Shown in pieces: positions 27,842 through 39,553 of a stretch of DNA of 64,000 nt. Numbering within the stretch: the first letter of the stretch is position 1; the number at the start of each line of letters is the position of its first letter. This stretch comes from Mobula hypostoma (Eukaryota), in contig NC_086100.1 in the NCBI RefSeq assembly GCF_963921235.1, positions 153,700,001 to 153,764,000 on the forward strand, written 5' to 3'. The notes under the pieces were generated by a model. The model ran no database searches. It saw nothing but the letters and a program-made list of their open reading frames with translations, and was not told where the DNA came from. Both the position numbers and the translations under genes were made by a program.

Positions 27842-28011
27842 GTTAGTTTTTAAAATTCTTTCTTGGCTGTGGGTAGTGTTGGTATGGCTGCCATTTATTG
27901 TCCATTCCTAATTGCCTTTGAAAAGCACTGAAGTCTTTCTGATAAAGATGCACTCACAGTGCTGTTAGGGGAAGAGTGGGAGACGGGTGATTCCTAAGTT
28001 TAGACCCAGTG

Positions 28012-28686
28012 ATAATCAGAATCAGGGTTATTATCTCCGATGTGTTGTGAAATTTGTTGTTTTGCGGCATTGGGTTCAGTGCAATACATTAAAAATTAAT
28101 ACAATTTACAATGAGAAATATAAAAAAATAAGTAGTTCAAAAAGAGAGCAAAATAATGTAGCTTTCTTGGGTTCACGGGCCATTCTGAAATGTGATTATG
28201 GCAGTGGGGGGGGGGGAGGGGAGCGGTGTGGTGAGAGAAGCTGTTCCTAAAACATTGAGTGTGCATCTTCTGGCTCCTGCATCTCTTGCCTGATAGTAGA
28301 AATGAGAAGGGAGCATGTCCTGGATGTTGGGGGTCCTTAATGATGAATTCTGCCTTCTGGAGGTACCACCTTTTGCAGATGATCTTGACAATGGGGAGGC
28401 TCGTGCCTGTGATTAAACTTTTTTTTTTTGATTCTGTGCATTGGAGCCTCCATACCAGGCAGTGATGAAACCAGTAGGAATGCTCTCCATGCTGCTACTT
28501 TATAAATTTGCTAAAGTCCCTGGTAACATATTGAATCTCCAATTTCTAATGAAGTATAGCCTCCTGTGTACCTGCTTTGTGATTGCATTAGTATGTTGGA
28601 TAGATCCTCTGAGATGTTGACACCAAGGAACTTGAAACTGCTCACCCTTTCTACTGCTGACTCCTCCGTGAGGACTGGTGTGTGTA
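28012..28686 (-). mobile_element. Decayed Rex1/Babar-type LINE 3' fragment
   Basis: Colinear with 12645-13330 (aatcagaatcagg tail; ctccataccaggcagtgatg...gaatgctctcca). Confidence 0.7.
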
Positions 28687-28959
28687 ACTAAAACTGTAAA
28701 ACGGTACTATAAGTGTGGTCTAACCAGAGTTTTATGGAGCTGTAACATTACCTTGCAGCTTTTAAACTTAATCTCCCCTCCCGAACTTTGACCTCAAGAT
28801 CCCTTTGTCCTTCCACACTGCTAAGAATCCTGCCATTAAATGTACTCTGCTATCAAGTTTGATGTTCCAAAGCATATTACTTCATACTTTTATGGATTGA
28901 ACTCCACCTGCTACTTCTCAGCCCTGCTCTGCATGCTGTCAATGCCATGTTGTAACCTA

Positions 28960-29024
28960 CAGTACTGTGCAAAAGTCTTAGGCATGTATGTAGCTAGGGT
29001 GTCTAAGACTTTTGCACAGTACTG
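28960..29024. mobile_element. 65-bp Tc1/mariner-type mini-MITE
   Basis: Perfect 24-bp inverted repeat TACAGTACTGTGCAAAAGTCTTAG (28958-28981 / 29003-29026), including the flanking TA. Confidence 0.8.
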
Positions 29025-30706
29025 TATTTGTTGCTGTGGAGCAGAGAGAGTTTGTAAATCTGGTGGGAGCAAAGGAATGTTGGGAATAGCAAGGGTGGAG
29101 CACTGTGGGAGAGGTGTGGAACAGATGGCAAAGGAGTGTCATGGGTGGGTGGTTGGCATGGGTGCAGATATACCTAGCACTGAGACAACAGACAAGGTCA
29201 TTTGATTCCTAGCAATTGGTTTATTGATCATCGGGGAATGTCTCTCTGATGCTTTCCACTCCCTCCCATCTTCCTTTCCCTTTTCCCAACCATGATTCCC
29301 CTCTTACTGCTCCCTTTCCACTCTCAGTCCACAATAGAGACCCATATCAAAATCAGGTTTATCATCACTCACATATGTCATGACATTTGTTTTATTTTTT
29401 TTTGCAGCAGTACGGTGCATAAAATTACAACATTACTATGCAAAAGTCTCGGGCACCCAAGCTACATATATTTATTCTACTTCACCCTACTAACCTTTCC
29501 CTACCTCAGTGAGACAAACCTATCCAGAACTCTATGCCAGTGCTCCCGAAACAATCTCCACATTTCCATTGTACATTTCCCTGAGAGCATCTGTTTCTAA
29601 TTCAACACACACAAAATGCTGGACAATCTCGGCAGGTCAGGCAACATTCATGGAAATGAACAGGACATTTTGGGTCGAGACCCTTTCTCAGGGCTTGGGA
29701 GCACTTTATGCTCCCACGTTCGTGCCTCATAATTTTCTCCTTCCCCATTAACTAGTTTCCCATGCCATCTGCTCTTATCCTTGTACAAGGCTATGGTAGA
29801 GGTCAGGGAGTTATGGTTACTGAAAGGCTCACCCACAAAGAGATATGTCAACTGATCAGGTTCATTACCTAGTACTAGATCCAGTATGGCCTCTCCTCTG
29901 TAGACTTGCCCATGTATTGTGATAGGAATCTTACTAACAAATTCTGCTCCATCAAAGCCTCTTGCACTAAGGAGGTACCAACCAGTATTAGGGAAGTTGA
30001 AGTCACCTATGGTGACAGTCCTGTTATTTTTGCAACTTTCCAAAATGTGCCTATTGATCTGTTCCTCAGCTTTCCTATTGCAAATGGGGTAGGGGGGCTC
30101 AAAAATACTTCCAGTGGATTGATTGCTCCCTTCCTGTTTCTGACCTCCTCCAGTCTGACTCATTAGACTATTTCTGATTAGCAATGCCATTTCCCCATTC
30201 TTTTTACCTCCCTCCATGTCCCTTTTGAAACATCTAAACCCTGCAGTTGCTATTCCTGCCTTTGTGATGGCCAAGGCTCTGTAATGGTCACATCATTGTA
30301 GTCACAGCGGATTATTGGCACCCAATTGCCCACTATTGAGAACATCTACCATAAACGCTGCCTGGGCAGGGCGAAAAGCTTTATCAGGGATGCATCTCAC
30401 CCTAACCATGGACTTTTTACTCTCCTCCCATCCGGTAGCTGCACCAGAAGGCACAGGAAGAGCTTCTTCCCTGAGGCTTGACACTGTTGAACCTCTCATC
30501 ACAGTGCTAAACAGTATTGCATCCGTATTGTACTGTCTCAGTACTTTTATATTTGTGTGCTGTAGCACTTTTTAAATTTGCAGTTATTTTGTAAATAACA
30601 ATATTCTTTGCATTTCTGGTCAGATGCTAAATGCATTGCATTGGCTTTGTATCTGTACTTGGCACAATGACAATAAAGTTGAATCTAATCTAATCATCAT
30701 AGCTCC

Positions 30707-31539
30707 AGTTACGTACCCCGTAACTGGGTTGCCAAACCAGCAGAAATGGACCACTTAGTTGGAGTCTGGATTACTGGAACTAAGAAAGTTTTATTAAAGA
30801 AATAAGTAACACAGTACTCTAATTGTAAGGATATTAATGCAACAGGTTAGCAATGATAAAACACACATGTACACAGAACTAGGATAATAGGAATCAATCA
30901 AGCTCTATCGCAGTCTAGGGGTAAAATGATCAGTCTGAAGTGACGCAGAGTTCAGTTCAGCTGAGTACAGTTCACAGTAATCGCTGTTGTGCCGTTGGAG
31001 AGAGAGAGAGAGAGCGAACGCAAATTTCGATTCAACAGACCTTTGATGTTCCCCGCAGTTAGCTTTCAGGCGAGCCCTTTTACTGTCTTCGGAGGTCACC
31101 GACTGTGACCCCTCCGTTCCGGATACGGTCGTTCTTCCGTGGTGAACTCGGCACCCAGGCAAGGGCGGACACACACACCAGGTTCCCGCTGATCGTACCT
31201 TTTCACCCTGTGCATCTATGGTCGGTCCCGCGACCAGACCTCCAAACTCCCACCAACTTGTGGGGGCACACCGCTTTTCCAGGGTCTCGTTATCTCGTGA
31301 TCTCGTGGTGTCTGTCTTGCCTTAGCGAACCTGTTCCTTTTATCCCCCTGCTGGGGTATCGCCTGTCCATCAAACTTCAAACAGTTCAGGTTCAAAGCAA
31401 CCGGTCTGTCAATACTCGGAACTGTTTCTCTTTTCGTTAATCTCTCTCCTCTCTCATTAACATTTTGAACGCTTCTCCCTTTGTCTCTCTTATCTCTCTC
31501 ATCAGCATCAATCTTCTGATAACTTGGTCTTTCGTCACA
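30707..31539. mobile_element. Solo LTR, family B
   Basis: (A)GTTACG...CGTCACA termini; 4-bp TSD CTCC at 30703-30706 and 31540-31543; highly similar to 56233-57120. Confidence 0.9.
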
Positions 31540-31947
31540 CTCCAAATACTGGTCCATGCTTTAAGTTCATCACCTTTGTTCCTGATGCTTCTGACACTAA
31601 AGTAAACACATTTCAACCCATCCAACTGACTACAATTATGTTCTATCCATCGCCTATCCTTCCTTATAGTCTCTATACATATACATTACCTGCTGCTTCC
31701 TCTGACCACTTTGTTTTCCAACCTAGTTTAAACCCTCCCCAGCAGCTCTAGCAAATCTGTTAATAAGGACATCTGTTTTTCTCAAATCCAGGTGTAACTT
31801 GTCTTTTTTTTGTATGAAATACTTTCTCCAGAAGAAATCCCAATAATCCACATGAAACCCTACCCCCTGCAGCAATTCTTCAGTCACACATTCATCTGCT
31901 ATATCATCCTATTCTTGCCCTCATTGGTGTGTGGCACAGGCGGCAAT

Positions 31948-32333
31948 CAATGTACCACATGGAGTTTGCCACGTTCATATCTTTTGCTACTAGTGCACAA
32001 AGGAACTGCACAAATAATTTGTGTTGTGAGGATGGACTTTAGCAGCTGGGGGAGCTGGGGAGCTCAGGAATCGCCACTCGTGGTTGCTGCTGAATTCACG
32101 GTACTTCTGTTCCGTTGATTGATGCCACTAACATATTAAAATTAATGGATCAGTAATTCTAGATGGTGTTTAATTTATATTTACACTGAATTACCCCGAC
32201 TTCAGACAGCAGCAGCCGTGGGCAGTGGTCTGCTCCCAGGTCCTAAAGTCTATCATGACGCAAATTCTTTGTGCAATTCCTTTGTGCACTAGTAGCAAAA
32301 GATGTGTGCATGCGCACCTTCGAGGCAACATTG
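31948..32333. mobile_element. hAT-type MITE
   Basis: CAATGT...ACATTG termini, long subterminal inverted repeats (atcttttgctactagtgcacaaaggaa), and an 8-bp TSD GCGGCAAT/GCAGCAAT at 31940-31947 and 32334-32341. Confidence 0.85.
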
Positions 32334-32763
32334 GCAGCAATTCTGAAATTACTACCTTTGAGGTCCTGCTTTTTAGCTTCCTTCCCAGCTCCCTGTATTT
32401 CCTCTTTAGGGTCTCATCCCTTTTCCTAGCAATGCCATTGGTATCAGTGTTTAGCATGACTTCTGGCTACTCTTCCTCCCCCTTATGAATGCTGTGAACT
32501 TGATCTGAGATGTTCCTGACACCTGGGAGGCGACATACCATCTGGGTGTCTCTTTCACATCCACAATCTCCTGTCTTTTCCCCTGACTATTGAATCCACT
32601 ATTACCACTGCTCTCCTCTTCTGCCTCTTTTCTTCTGAGCTACAGACCCAGACTCAGTGCCAAAGTCCTGATCACTGTGGCTTTCCCTGGTAGGTTGCTC
32701 CCCCTCTTCTGCCCCTGTCCTCAGCAACAGTATATAAAGCAATGTACCTGGGTACTCAGTGCT

Positions 32764-33760
32764 CAGTCCTGCTCAAGGGTTTCGGCCTGAAATGTGGACT
32801 GTACTCTTTTACACAAAATACTGGAGGGAAAAAAAAACTGAGGCATAGATTTGAAAGGGGTGGAGGAAGAGAAGTGAGCAACGCCAGGCAATAGGTAAGA
32901 CTTGGAGGGGAAGGAATGAAGCAAGGAGCTAGGAAGTTGATTGCTGAAAAAGATAGAAGGCCATGGATGAAAAAAAGGGTGGGGAAGAGCACCAGAGGGA
33001 GGTGATGGGCAGGCAAGGAGATAACATGAGAGAGGGACAAGGGGATGGGAAATAGTGAAGGGGGTGGGGTGGGTGGAGGCATTACTGGAAATTTGAGAAA
33101 TCGATATTCATGCCATCAGGTTGGCAGCTACCCAAATGGAATATAAGGTGTTGTTCCTCCAACCAAATGTGGCCTTATCCTAACAGTGGAGGAGGCCATG
33201 GATTGACATATTGGAATGGGAAGTGGAATTAAAATGGGTAGCCACTGGGAGATGCTGCTTGTTCTGGCAGACAGAGAGAGCATAGATGCTTGGCGAAGCA
33301 GTCTTCCAATCTACGTCAGGTCTCAACGATATACTAGATGTCACACCGGGAGCACTGAACACAATATATGACCCCAACAGACTCTCGGGTGAAGTGTCAC
33401 CTCACCTGAAGGACTGTTTGGGACCCTGAATGGTAATGGCCCTTCACCATTTCCCATTCTCTTGTCCCTCTCTCATGTTATCTCCTTGCCTGCCTATTGC
33501 CTCCTCCCCGCCCTTTTTTCTTCCATACCCTTCTGTCTCTTTCACTAATCAACTTCTTAGCTCTTTGCTTCATTCTTCTCCCTCCAAGTTTCACCTATTG
33601 CCTGGCGTTTCTCTCTCCCTCCCGCCCCCCACCTTTCATCTATTCCTCATCTTTTTTTCTCCAGTCCTGCCGAAGGGTTTCGGCCCTAAGCATCAACTGT
33701 ACTTTTTTCCATAGATGCTGCCTGGCCTGCTGAGTTCCTCCACATTTTGTCTGTGTTACT
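32764..33760. mobile_element. Penelope-like element in inverted partial-tandem configuration
   Basis: The minus-strand ORF 33180-33377 carries a GIY-YIG-type tail (LPVATHFNSTSHSNMSIHGLLHC). Plus-strand pseudo-LTR copies lie at 32764-32810 and 33440-33760, the latter mirroring 32826-33060. Confidence 0.8.
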
Positions 33761-33764
33761 CTGA

Positions 33765-34965
33765 TATTTTTGTAGTTTTAGGCAGAGCCGTTGCAATACC
33801 AATCTATGCTGCATCTGATAGGATGCTTTCTGTGGTGGATTTATAAAATTAGGTGACTGTCATTAAGGAAGTACTGAATTTCATTAGCCTTCTAAGCAAA
33901 TAAAAGCGCTGGTGTGCTTTCATGTGATTGGACCAGGATAATTTGTTGGTGACATTTACACCTAGAAACCTGAGCTATCAACCTCCTCCACCTCAGCTTT
34001 GATACAGATGGGGGTATATTCTGCACCCTATACCCTGAAGTCAATGACCAGCTGACATTGAGGGTGAGGTTGTTATCTTGACACCATGCTGCAAGCCTTC
34101 CTATTTCCTTCCTGTACTTTGTTTCATCATTGTTTGAGATCTGGCCCACTACAGTGGTGTTATCTGCAGACTTGTAAATGGAGTTTGAGTAGAATCTGAC
34201 TATCCAGTTATGAGTGTGGAGAAAGTAATGCCAAGACTGAGAAAGCAGGCTTGTGGGGCATTGGTGTAAGGATAATATTGGTGAGGTCAGGTCTGTTTTA
34301 TCTGTGTCTTGAGGGAAATCTTGATGCCTGCTGTGGCCCTGAGTTTGTAACTCTGGCAGTTAGGGACAGACCGTGCAAGAATCTGATAGACTTTTAGATT
34401 ATAAGGTAATAGAGTGTTATGGTTCAGTACAGCTGCAGAGTGCTGTAAAAGATTAACCAGGAATTTATTGAATAGTATGGGGAGAGGGCTATTGCACAGG
34501 ACCAAAAGAAGCTGCATAGGGTTTTAAATCCAGTCAGCTCCATCTTGGGTACTAGCTTACAACGTACCCAGGACATCTTCAAGGAGCGGTGTCTCAGCCA
34601 GGCAGTGTCCATTATTAAGGATCTCCAGCACCCAGGGCATGTCCTTTTCTCACTGTTACCATCAGGTAGGAGGTACAGAAGCCTGAAGGCACGCACTCAG
34701 CATTTCAGGAACAGCTTCTTCCCTTCTGCCATCCTATTCCTAAATGGATATTGAATCCTTGGATACTACCTCACTTTTTTTAATATACAGTATTTCTGTT
34801 TTTTGCATGTTTTTTAATCTATTCAATATACATATGCTGTAATTGGTTTACTTATTATTATTGTTTTTATTTTTTCTCTCTCCTATATTGTATATTGCAT
34901 TGAACTGCTGCTGCTGAGTTATCAAATTTCACGCCACATGCCGGTGATAATAAATCTGATTCTGA
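33765..34965. mobile_element. Two Rex1/Babar-type LINE fragments (minus, about 33765-34290; plus, about 34474-34965)
   Basis: QISNNDETKYRKEIGRLAAWCQDNNLTLNVS (minus); IIKDLQHPGHVLFSLLPSGRRYRSLKART..FRNSFFP followed by a ctgattctga tail (plus). Confidence 0.8.
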
Positions 34966-37900
34966 TGTGATATCAGATTTTTAGTTCTGAGGGTTTGACA
35001 GTTTAGTGACTGAGTGCCTGTTTTCTTCAAACTTGGGTGGGGTTGGAAAGAACAGTACAATGTTGAGGGCCACTTGCCTAGAACTGAAAGAATATTTCTT
35101 AGAACTGTAGAGTAGATGCAGTTTTTCTCCTCTCAAAACCACATCTTCTATCTTTAAGTGCAATGTTATCAATCCTGTTCCTAGCTCTTTCTGTAAATTA
35201 TTTTCTCCCTCAACTATCTATCCATTTCTGTTGAATATCACCATTGAAACTGCTGCTGCCCTTTGTGGGCAGAACTCCAGATCATGATTACGCTACAGAA
35301 TAAGTTCCAGGACTGTGAATCCTTGGAATTTTTAGGGAGCTCTAAGTTTTCAGACATAGCGTAATAAATTTTTGTATTGCAAGAGAATCGAGATGAGACG
35401 TTTGGGCAGCAAAATTAACTTGAGCTCAAAGATCTGCTTCTCATGCATAGCAGTCAAATAGCAAGAAGCATCACCATTTATTCTATTTTTAAAAATTATA
35501 TATAGCATCCATAGAGAGGGAGCTAGTAACATTTTAGATAATATATTTGAACTGGAACAAGTTAAAAATCAGCGGGTCTTAAAATGCAAAGAGGAAGGGG
35601 AGGAAGAAGCAAAAGGAAAATTAAGTAATGTATTGGTTAAATGTAATGTGACATAGAGATGGTGCAAGTCAAAAGAAAATGTGAAGAGAAGTTATCAAAA
35701 GATGGATTGAGAGCTGTAAATGGGAATGTCAGATGATTTCTTTAGCTAGAGAGTGAATCTGTGGAGTTCTTTGCCATTGGTGGCTGTGGTGTCCAAGTCA
35801 TTGTGTGTATTCAAGGCAGGGGTTGATAGATTCTTGATTAGTCAGAGCTTGAAGGGATATATAGTGAAGGCAGGAGACTGGGGCTGAAAAGGAAAATGGA
35901 TCAGCCATGATAAAATAGAGGAGCAGACTTGATGGACCAAATGGCCTAATTCTGTTCCTATATTGTAAGATCATGATTATTTCTTCAATATCATCATCAT
36001 ACTGATTTCAACTAATTTAAGTGCAAATATTTATATTTCAAAATAAGAACAATACAATAAAAAATACTGGAGTGGGATTTCCTGGTGGTGGCTGATGGAG
36101 TAACAGCAATCTGCAGTTGCTCCAGCGCAAGTTATCTTACCATTTCCAACCTGTCTCGAAACTTTCTTAAGTGTAATATTCTTTCATTATGGCTATAAGG
36201 AGGGCCAGAGGTACTAAAAAAGATGATTCCCCTGCTTCTTTGGATTTTATTATGGTGTAGCCCCCCCAGCCAGCTTCGGTTGCTCAGCTCGCTGTCGTCT
36301 AGGGCAACAGCCCTCAGTCCCGCCAAACTGGGAAATCCATTTGTGTGGATGCTGTGTGATGTACCCCACCCCGCCCAAGTAACAGACAATACACCAGATA
36401 CGATTAAATGATTTATAGTTTATAGATATTACTGGAACTATATAACTAACAGAGAATAAAATATAAAAGGAAAATAAAAGGCGGCACACTTATCAAAGTT
36501 CAATCTCTTCGTGCACAAACAGTTGGAGCTCAGGGCCCTTCTTCTTCACCCTGCGACCCCTCGGATCATCTCGACCGGCCGCCTGGGACCAACAACGGTG
36601 GTCGACCAGACGCTCCACACGAGTCTGTCTCCGTCTCCTCTCCTTGTCGAACGCCCCGCTCGGGTGCCGACCCTGTTAGCGGACTCACAGCACCTGGTCC
36701 ATCCTCTGTCTCTCTCTCCCGCCTTCTCTCCCAAATCCCCGCGCATACAATATCTTCAAATACACCAAAAACGTAACAACTATCCCAATTGGTTCGTAAC
36801 ATATTCTTATCACACTCTAACCCAAAACAAGCATTTCTGAGCACTCAGTTCAGCGGTGCAAATCCCCCCTCTCCACTGTGTCTCATTCAGATTGACGACC
36901 TGGGTTTCCATCCCCAGGTTCACCACCGTCTGTTCCAACACCAGGAAGCGCAACTGGTATGTCGGGTCAATTTTCTCACATTGCACTAAACTCCTCCGGC
37001 CACAAACTCCTCTGCATGTGACACTTCACTTCTTTCGCCCGGGCTCAGCCACTTGCCTTGCCTCATAGTCCCCCCCCCCCCCCCCCGGCGAATCCAAGCT
37101 CTCGGCAGTCATCCAGATACGCCAAAACTCCACACACCTTCACTTCCCCCATGGTCTTCCTCATGCCCCGCAGGAAGGATGCAGGGGCTCCGGATATGCC
37201 CTTGGGCATCTTTTCGGATCAGAAGAATCCTAGGGAAATAATAACGGCTGTCTTCGGCTCGACAGCCGCACTCCTCAGGATCTGGCAACGTCTACTCCTC
37301 AGATCCAGCAATTAAACCACGTCGCATAATCCACACACACGCTGCCTTCATCTTCCATGCCGCCAGGGTCCAGTTGCCGCGACCTCTCTCTCACTGAGGT
37401 GTCTTCAGCGGTCAACTCCCCTCCCTCATGGTAGTTCGGAACGGCTGCTAAGAGGGTCTCACCCTCAGTTACTTTCCCCAGGCCGTACCACCGCTGGGTC
37501 TCGTCGAAATTTGGTACCGGCTCAGGGCTGCTACACACGTCCTCAGAAGCAACTCGACACACTGGGTGCCCAGACAATGCCCCCATGAACTCCAGGGTCA
37601 TTAACCAATCATCGTCTTCTGGATAACTACTGGCACTGGTACCCAAAATCTCCGGTGCCCTTGCGGTTGTCAAGGGTAAATGCTTCAGATACCGGTTGTA
37701 AAACAAACTGTACAACAACTTGACCTGCGCCCCAGGGAAGAGGATGGCTTTAGCATTGCTTCCCTCTATCCGTAATGACACCCTGGGGCATGGTCCCTCT
37801 AAGCCTTCAGGAATAGGGTCTTTTCCTTTCAGAAGTTCATTGGTACATTGCTGGGAACGTGCTTCCCCAGAGAGCCCAAGCCGTTCCCCCACTGGGCCTC

Positions 37901-38351
37901 CACGAAGTTTCCCGACACCTCTCTGATCAGCTGAACAACTGAAGGAGGGGTTGATCCCCTGAAATGATCCCCCGGCACTGCAAGCAATTTAGCCGCCCTC
38001 CTAGCCAGAGAAGACACACTGAAAACCTTCCCTCCCCCCCCCCGCACCTTCAAATAACTGACAGCCGTCACTACAGTGTAAGTGAACCTGACAGCTCTAA
38101 CACCATCACCAGCCCACCTAATAAACTTTCAACCAATCCCTGTCGCTCTCCCTCAGCCGAGCACTGCCACTCATCTAACAACTGCGAGATCGCTCCGCGC
38201 ACGTCTCGCATGCCTCCGCCCCTCTTGGGGTGGACACTATCCCAAACGCCACTATCTCAATGTGTACTTAAGAATGTATAAATAATTGTAGTTTTATACA
38301 TATAAAAAAATGGAAAAGGTTATATGTGTGAGGAAAAAAAAAAAAAGTCCA

Positions 38352-38373
38352 ATCCCGGACAAAGCCCGCACAA
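38352..38373 (-). promoter_or_regulatory. Degenerate tRNA-Pro primer binding site
   Basis: Immediately after the LTR end (minus sense), TTGTGCGGGCTTTGTCCGGGAT resembles the canonical Pro PBS TGGGGGCTCGTCCGGGAT. Confidence 0.75.
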
Positions 38374-39067
38374 TGTAGCCCCCCTGGCCAGCCTCAGGGT
38401 CGCGCGGCTTGCTGTCGTCTAGGGAAACAGCCCTCGGCCCCGCCAAACTGGGAAATCTGTTTGTGTGGATGCTGTGTGATGTATCCCACCCCACCCAAAT
38501 AACAGACAATACACCAGATACGATTAAATGATTTACAGTTTATAAATATTACTGGAACTATAATTAATTGAGAATAAAATATAAAAGGAAAATAAAAGGC
38601 GGCACACTTATCAAAGTTCAATCTCTTCGTGCACAAACAGTTGGAGCTGAAGACCCTTTTTCTTCACCCTGCGACCCCTCGGATCACCTCGACCGGCCGC
38701 CTGGGACCAACAATGGTGGTCGACCAGACGCTCCACACGAGTCCGTCTCCGTCTCCTCTCCTTGTTGAACGCCTTGCTCAGGGTCCGACCCCGTTAGCAG
38801 ACTCACAGCACCTGGTCCATCCTCTGTCTCTCTCTCCCGCCTTCTCTCCCAAAACCCCGTGCATACAATATCTTCAAATACACCAAAAACATAACTATCC
38901 CAATTGGTTCGTAGCGTGTTCTTATCACACTGTAACCCAAAACAAGCTGCTAGCGCAAGAACTTTCTCAGCGTTTAACATAACAAAGAAGCATTCCCAAG
39001 TATAACATAACAAAGAAGCCATTTTAATTAGCCTAAGCAGTAACATAAAAGACGAAACCCCCTTACA

Positions 39068-39080
39068 CTCTCCCCCCACC
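39068..39080 (-). promoter_or_regulatory. Polypurine tract
   Basis: GGTGGGGGGAGAG directly abuts the TGTAAGG start of the LTR on the minus strand. Confidence 0.85.
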
Positions 39081-39553
39081 AAACAAAGTCATGTCCTCAT
39101 GACTTCTAAATAACTCGCCAACCAGTCCTGCAGACACACAACACACACATACACAAATACACACAGTGACAGTGGACCTTACGCCCGTCCCACGAGCGCT
39201 ACATAGGCTAACTTATCTGGGAGCTTCCTAATCCTCCGAGACCTCCGTACCCCCTCCCCTAAACCCTAAAGGCTCAGACACTACTAGGGATACCTCGGGC
39301 CTGCCTGCCAACTCCTCTCTCACTCAGGCCACCATTACAACTCGGAGCCCTTGTCCCGTGTCCGGGGCCCCGCTCCTTTTCCTTCCTGGTCCTGCTGTAA
39401 CTCAGACTGCCCACAGCTAGGCGTCCCCCCTACACCTGACTCAGTGGGAGAAGGGCCAAAGGTCTCTTCCTCAATCACGGAGAAGTTAGCGAAAAGCAGC
39501 AAGTACCACATATCCAGCACATCATCCTTCGAATCTGTATTTTTCCTCATTCC

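Larger units (their letters stand above)
29695..32700 (-). mobile_element. CR1 LINE 5' part (ORF1 esterase-like plus APE endonuclease), multiply interrupted
   Basis: TNGIARKRDETLKRKYRELGRKLKSRTSKVVISELLP (ORF1), LKCVYFSVRSIRNKGDEL (ORF2 start), GDFNFP...ILDLVLGNEP. Interrupted at about 30297-30694 (LINE tail), 30707-31539 and 31948-32333. Confidence 0.85.
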
